Shown here in pieces: positions 9,469-16,212 of a DNA stretch of 16,212 bases (its first letter is position 1; each line of letters starts with the position of its first letter). The notes under the pieces are model-generated. The model searched no databases, was not told where the DNA came from, and saw nothing but the letters and a program-made list of their open reading frames with translations. The DNA comes from Trichoplax adhaerens. Lineage: Eukaryota; Animalia; Placozoa. The position numbers and the translations under genes are program-made. The stretch covers positions 1 to 16,212 of the forward strand of contig NW_002060971.1 of the NCBI RefSeq assembly GCF_000150275.1. The letters are read 5' to 3'.

Positions 9469-11626
9469 TACTGGGTGATCGTATTAGAGCGAATGAAAAA
9501 TAACAATAGTATACGTTACTGAGCTCAGCTTAGGAGTGCTTAAAGATGGCTGATGATTAGGTAATGGAGTACAGTACTAGTATCAGTAAATGATAATCAG
9601 TATATGCAATAATAACTATGCTAAGAAGTAATGACAAGAAATGAAATAATCATAATGTTTTGATGTAATAGCTTATGATCGATGCAGCTGCTTAGCTGCT
9701 ATACGATTCATATACTTAGATTGTATGTTGAATTATCGTTTACAATTTCGTATAACTAAGAGATAATCTTTTTATATCCTAAAATAAGAGAGGGAAGAAA
9801 TGAGCTGTGTCTAGTTTCATACTTTAATTAACCTTTGAACTGCTCAAATGTCTTGTAAGTCATTAATTTACAAATGATCTTATACTATTTATCATCGTAG
9901 ATTTGGTTAAAATGTTTAATCACGAGCATCAAATTATAGTATGGAATAAATTCTATTTTAATGGTAAATAACTGCACAATCGAACACTCTATTTATGAGT
10001 TCCGATCAGGATCCTTGGATCAAATTTCCATAAATACCTCAACGATTACAAAAACTTTATTAATGTATGTTTTATTAATAATGTGATGGATTCGAGGTAA
10101 ATATGCCAACTCAGGGTTGTACTGCATAATAGTGAACATCTAAATTCGAGTAGTCTATTTCTTCTATAGCATGATTCAAATTTATTATTTATAATTCCCT
10201 ACACACATAGAAAGAAATAATAATTATGTACTATATGTCATTAACAATCACGAAAAAATTCTTGTTATTATAAGCGCTTGCCAATCCAACTCCGATTATG
10301 GCATTTATATTCTAAAGTTCTAAAATATAAGCTAAATCATAACTTATTTATTCTACTTGTAATCGGAGAAAGCATAGCAATCGTTTTTATCGATATAAAT
10401 TAGCAATTACTGAAATAGCTTCGTTTAGTAACACATTTACCAAATCTCAATCTACCTGCGCTATACAGGGATGTCTTAGGTTCTGTAGTGATTAGGCATT
10501 TTAAACATTGTAAACTACTTTAATTTCTGGCACTATCATACTTCATGTTATCACTGTGACTAGCTGAAATCGCTACAGTTGGCTTTCATGATTCATGAAA
10601 TTGTTAATCCAAAAGTATCTTATAAGTCATGTCACGAAAAGATATAGTAAAGGACTAAGCTTTTCCCGCTATTCTGACATGGTGCAAGGAATAATACATG
10701 ACCAGTCCACATTAGCTGTAAATCCTTTAATATATTTATTCACATTTGCCTACAAAAAAATATTGTATTCGTAATCCATCGATAGATGTGATTTCCTTTC
10801 TTAATAAAAATGATTACATTCTTTCTATAAATTTTTAATTCCATGATTAATGACTACAATGACGATATATTGTGATAATCAGGCTAACCGACACTTAATA
10901 ATCTGCGGAGGATGTTTAAGGTTAAGTAAATACGAATTTCTATTAAAGTAATTAAATAATTTTAAAGATAGTAGTAATATTACTTTGTGATAGTGATGTT
11001 ACTGCAAAGAAAATGGATGCTGTTCCTATGATAAGATTAGCATAAACTATTTAGGGTAAATGCAAATTGGTAAATTAATTTTACCATGTTCAAGCATACT
11101 CTGAGTTACGTCAGCATTACAACTTCTTTTCAAGTCTTTCTAAACTTGAAGATCAAATACCCAAAGGTGGATATATAATTAGGAATGTTATTAACATTAC
11201 TTTTATTCAGGAATTACACTACTGTAAGTTTAAACTGTTGTGCTCATAAGCTCTATTTCGATTTAGTAAACACATATTAAAACGATGCTTAAACGCACCA
11301 AGTTATACGTAGGTCTGGATAATCATCAATTCTTAAATCCCAAAATATATTTTAAGTAATATCAGTTGCGACGTTATGTTATGGACTAACGTCATATCTT
11401 GGATAGCAAGTTATGATTTATGAGACGCAGTATACGTCACTAATGAGCTAAATATCTAATTAGCTACTTGTACATCATAATAAATCATAATTGACAATAG
11501 ATGAGCTCTTATAATAGGTAGAAAACAAGAAATACCGTTCTGATCAGTATACTAAAGTGCTATGTAGAATTAAAATCTTCAAGTTTGAAAATAATCACCG
11601 CTTTAGTTGAAGGCATCAAATCAAGC

Positions 11627-11663
11627 CAGGGACTTTTAAGAGGATTTCTCTTAGAAGTCCCTG
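11627..11663. repeat. Inverted repeat/hairpin, 16-bp stem (1 mismatch), 5-nt loop, in the presumed 3' UTR of gene B
   Basis: cagggacttttaagag-gattt-ctcttagaagtccctg. Confidence 0.85.
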
Positions 11664-11766
11664 ATCTAGCTTAAATGAAGTACAAACAATCTTATATGGA
11701 AAGTAGATCTAATCAAATGTAGGATACAGGTACTGCTGTATCCGTTCTAGCACACAATGCGACAGA

Positions 11767-13538
11767 TTAAAAATAATAATAAGAGACTGGTCTATGACCA
11801 GCATCTTTAAGTTCGATATCGTCCGGCAATATGATCTTTTCCATTTCCTCTTTCGATTCAGGAACAAACGCCAACTTATTAAATCGCTAAATAGTCGAAA
11901 AAAATTAAATTTAAGTTTCGTTTATGACAAAAATAGACGAGCTAAATTATCAAACACATGTCAATAATTACTTCTTTTAGTGTTCCTGGCGTGATACATA
12001 AACTGTAAATTGCCGGAATAAAGATAGCACATATAATTAATCCTATCATTATCCAGCCAACAAGTTCTCCCCACCATGGAAAAGGAACATTGTTGCCGTA
12101 TGTAGCCGGCCCATAATTTACCAAGCTGAATATAAATATCATCTATAGCAGAAGAGAAAATTTTGGAGAAAATGTAAGAGACGATGCTATGTAAAAATGA
12201 GATCCATCAGAAGTGTTAAACCTATTAAATACTGTAGATTTACACTGGATAATAAATTAATCAAATGACTACGAAGTAATTGTAAATAGAGAAGACAATC
12301 TGCTAATTCTGCAAAATCAACTAAACAGAATAATGACAGTACTGACAAAGGATTAATAGATATGATCATAAGTTATACTTGCTTAGCTATTAAATAGATA
12401 TGATTGAATAAAAAATTAAGCAATATTATAATTCGGTATATCGTCTAAGCAGAATGATTAATCTATAACTGAAAATTTACCCATTCAAAAGAAAAAACAA
12501 ATGAAATTTATTACCGGTCTATCTCAGTAATTTAAATTAACCACTTTTCTACTAGTAAACTATTTAATTAAATAAACTTAGAAGAAATACCACTATCATT
12601 CCGGGAGTTATGATATACCAACAAATTCTCATTGGTAAATAGATTGGCTGCCCTGTAACACGCTGGAGGTTTTTAGCAAATCGATTACCTCCTATTCAAA
12701 TCGGTATTATCGGTGAAAGTTAATATCATTACCAGTATTATCTAGCTGTCAACACGATTGTATAAATCTTTTACTGTTTATCTTGTACCGTAGAAATAAG
12801 TAACGGATATTATTTCCATAAATGCGATGATATAGGTCCCAATATACGCTGTATAGAAATTAAGCAATGTAAGGACATAAAGGCCTCCCTAGTTATAAAA
12901 ATCGTTCAGAATGTAATTATTACATAATAATTAAGCATATTTAAAAATAACATAAATTTTACTACATATTGTAGAACTCCGCACTACAAGTACTGGATAG
13001 TATCGCCTAATAGTTTAGCACATTTAAAAATGCCATAAATTTTACTACTTGTATTAGAATACTGTTTTGCAGATGCTAGATAATTTACATAATTTAGTAC
13101 ATTTAAAAATGCCACAAGTTTTACTACTTGTTTTAGGACTCCGTATTTGCAGGTACCGGATAGTTTCACACAATAATTTAGCACATTTAAAAATGTCACA
13201 AGTTTTACTACTTTTTTTAGGATACTACAATGAAGGGTAATGGATAGTTCATATAATAATGTAGCACATTTAAAATATTAGAAGTTTTATTACTTGTTTT
13301 AGGACACTGCATTGTGAGTACTGGATAGTTTACGTTATAATTAACACATTTAAAAATGCCACAAGTTTTACTACTTGTTATATTGCTATGATTAAATACT
13401 TTTACCGACCCGAGTAGTCATAACTAATCCAAGAAAAAAAAGTATAACACATGCAACGAATGCAATCAAAGGCCTGTACGCTGCTAATTTTGGTTTAGCA
13501 TCAACTACCGCTGCCATTAATGATTCCATTCCACCCAT
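11767..13538 (-). CDS. Second SLC6/NSS transporter paralog (gene B), 3' part only (equivalent of exons 9-13); 5' exons not visible, sequence runs into the N gap
   Basis: Exons 13538-13410 (MGGMESLMAAVVDAKPKLAAYRPLIAFVACVILFFLGLVMTTR), 12888-12789 (GGLYVLTLLNFYTAYIGTYIIAFMEIISVTYFYG), 12691-12591 (GNRFAKNLQRVTGQPIYLPMRICWYIITPGMIV), 12142-11972 (MIFIFSLVNYGPATYGNNVPFPWWGELVGW...TLKE), 11886-11767 (RFNKLAFVPESKEEMEK...PVSYYYF*). Sizes 129/100/101/171 and intron phases are identical to gene A. All sites are GT-AG, with no internal stops or frameshifts. Confidence 0.92.
12921..13380. repeat. Intronic minisatellite, ~83-bp unit, ~5.5 copies, in gene B intron 13409-12889
   Basis: Unit approximately ataatttagcacatttaaaaatgccacaagttttactacttgttttaggactccg.attgcaggtactggatagtttcac, recurring every ~80-85 nt. 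Confidence 0.93.
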
Positions 13539-13641
13539 CTAAGAATGAAAGATTAAAATTCAATGGACTTTGACAATGGTATCTCTTCATATTCATTCAT
13601 TTAAACTATGAGCACTGATATAGAATTATTAAATTATATAT

Positions 13642-13691
13642 NNNNNNNNNNNNNNNNNNNNNNNNNNNNNNNNNNNNNNNNNNNNNNNNNN
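13642..13691. other. Assembly gap (50 N)
   Basis: Run of N; the round number suggests a placeholder of unknown true size. Confidence 0.99.
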
Positions 13692-13811
13692 AGGGTGTAC
13701 TTAGCAATGGGTGATAATGAATAATTTCATTCTACTTTTATATTATAGTTAGTGTTAATAGAAATACAAAGCCTGATATGAATTTTATAATGATAGCCAT
13801 CGCAAAATAAA

Positions 13812-14381
13812 ATTTGAACTATTTCCAATAGAGACTATCGATATTGCGGTGACTCAGTTAAATCTATCCAACGTAAAATTATAATCATTCAGTCGATTAC
13901 AAGAACGTAAATAAATTAGATATTTGTCATCCAATTTAGGTGTTATCAATAACAACAATAATAATTCTGATATTTGTATAATTGGATGTTTTCCAAATTT
14001 GTGGAAACGCTTCCCATACAGATAAATAGCCATAAATTATGATATCTATCTGCTGGTGGTAGAAATGGCTGTTAAGAGATTGATATAGGTGTAGTGCTTA
14101 CTATCATTCCAAGTTGAAATTATTCAATCGGTCAAAGTACAGAACACATGTCACATCGTATGATTTCGATTGATTAATATTCAAAGTATGTGCTCTCATA
14201 ACAGATGATAAAATTAGCACTACGACTGGTGATCAAGGAAGTTTTGTTGCTAAGAATTAACATGGACTCATCATTGATTGTAAATTGCGTCTATTTCTAA
14301 TAGAAATGAATAATATTTGTATACGCTCCTGTAATAGAGTAATAACTTATCGCCACTAACTTTATCCGATGTTTTCACAAT
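13812..14381 (+). repeat. ~570-bp non-coding duplicated block, copy 2 (upstream side of gene B, beyond the gap)
   Basis: Same orientation as, and colinear with, 8360-8913. Confidence 0.92.
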
Positions 14382-15452
14382 GTACAGTACATATGTCTGA
14401 ATTTATAGTAGAATTGCTTTCTCCGCTGAATTAAAAACATCAAAAGTGACGATTAGAAATGAGAGGTTTTCATCACAATAACTTCGTAACGAAGTCGAAT
14501 ATACAACCGAAGAAATTGTATACTGATTGTTAATTGAAAATAACTACATTTCTCATGATAGCTCAGCCGCTTCTGTATTAAACTAGCTTCATAGCGATAG
14601 TATATGGTTCTTAATATATACATAGAGCACAGTACAACTTAAGATGCATGCGGTACAATACTTCTCTCATGTACTTAAATTCATAATTTGAAGGATTAAT
14701 ATTACAGTTTACCACTAATACATAACAATAATATAATTTTTTGAATTTACACGTTGATTAGATGATAGAGTAAATGTGAAGTTTAGATATTATTGTCTAT
14801 ATAATACTCTTCACATTTTTCTAAACAAGATTGAAGATTATTTCTCTCTTGAATTCCCAGAATATCTTTAGCACTACATAGAAAATCTTAATAAATGGAA
14901 GTTTCGACATTTTACTACGATTGTCCAGCATTTATCTGTTCTCGATTTCTCTTTCTTACTTGCTCACTTAAGTAATTCATCGATTATCGTACTTCTATCA
15001 TTACAGTTCTTAACATCAACTCCATTGCTGCCATGTTAAATAATTACTTTAATATATACATCATTGCTAATAAAATCGGTTGATGCAATTTCAAAATGGT
15101 GGAATGACGATATATGGATTAAGTTAATAAAGAAATCTGCTATTATAATATCTGCTACAGTATGAGCTAAATTGGTTATTTTCTTGAAAAGCCTTAGGTA
15201 TACTGTTGGCTAGTTCTATAAATTGTCCAGAAGCTATGTCTAGGCGTATCAAGGGTTTAGTTTGGAGGGAGTCTAATCAACTGGATAATTACTTTTAATA
15301 TTGAAAACTATAAAATCTCTATACAGTTTCTTGTAATATTTTATGCTATTAAGTACTTGTATCTAGAGTATTATTCTACTAGTAAAACTAGAACTACTGG
15401 TCAATGATATTATGTAGTGGAATTGGCGATCATCACGTGAACTCGCAGTAAG

Positions 15453-15840
15453 AAGTTAACAAGTCTTTGAAAGATATAAACATAATGGAATTAGAAATGC
15501 GTTCCGTGTGGTAACATTAATTTGTTTAATTAACACGTAGAGTAGAATTTATGCTATATAACAGACTTATCGCGATCATGGTAGTGGACAGACGATACTG
15601 AAGGAGTTAGATAATATCGTATAGATTGATATCCGGAATAAATAAATTAGAAGTTCAATTAGTCTTTGACTGATATCAACATAACGAGATTAGATATACG
15701 CCCAAATTGATTAATGTTAATTTGTATATAGTGACATACGATATATGGCAAAGACTTCAATATTCGATATAGAATAGACTTATCGGGATCGTGATAGTAG
15801 ACGGACGATACTGATGGCGTTGTATGATATTGTATAGAAG
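15453..15840 (+). repeat. Degenerate patchwork satellite modules (X at ~15453 and ~15651; Y at ~15563 and ~15776), ~200-bp period
   Basis: Same X and Y modules as at 426-800, alternating X-Y-X-Y. Confidence 0.75.
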
Positions 15841-16024
15841 CGATTATACGAAGTAACGAGGATATATCGAAGTGAAAACGGCATTCTTAGGTATAGCCTG
15901 TTAAGGTGATCGAAACATGTTGTATAGTTATTACGACCCCTAAATCGTTAGTAAACTCTTACCCCATACTTTAGAGTAAGTAGTTCGATTACTTTCGATC
16001 AAGTTACAGTCATATATTCCATCA

Positions 16025-16212
16025 ATATTATCTGTCGCGGTCTTATCCTATTATAATAAAGTAGGATTGTTAAAGCGTCCATTACGATCCATTAACTATT
16101 AGTCATACTTTAGACTAATTAGTTGGATTGTTTTCGGTTACTTGTAGTCATACGCTGTATTATAAGACTATTATCCGACATAGTACTATCCTATTGTAAT
16201 ACAGTAAGTAGG
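16025..16212 (+). repeat. 188-bp direct repeat, right copy (matches 1-188)
   Basis: Same sequence as 1-188 apart from t/c, ac/ta and c/t differences. Confidence 0.97.

Noticed and set aside
12187-12369. 60-aa minus-strand ORF
   Set aside because: Inside a gene B intron; gene B splices in frame without it and gene A has no equivalent.
12984-13199. 71-aa ORF with repeated FLNVLNY
   Set aside because: Translation artefact of the 83-bp intronic minisatellite.
1-16212. LTR retrotransposon defined by the terminal direct repeats
   Set aside because: No TG...CA ends, no evident PBS/PPT and no gag/pol. The interior is intron-containing host genes and the repeat is part of a degenerate satellite.

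Overview
AT-rich eukaryotic, probably animal, genomic DNA with short GT-AG introns and one 50-N assembly gap (13642-13691). The compact introns and low GC would fit a small-genome early-branching animal such as a placozoan, but that is inference only. The minus strand carries a tandem pair of SLC6/NSS sodium:neurotransmitter-symporter genes. Gene A is complete: 13 coding exons, 7015->2042, 1794 nt, 597 aa. Gene B is a diverged paralog, of which only the last 5 exons are visible (13538->11767) before the gap. The transporters look like amino-acid-type NSS proteins but carry unusual residues, notably Asn at the normally acidic extracellular-gate position in both copies and Glu in TM8 of gene A. 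Non-coding DNA is highly structured: a ~98% identical 188-bp direct repeat at both window ends inside a patchwork satellite, a ~91-bp and a ~83-bp minisatellite, a ~550-bp block duplicated upstream of each paralog, and a 16-bp-stem hairpin behind gene B. I found no prokaryotic system, CRISPR array, RNA gene or autonomous transposon.
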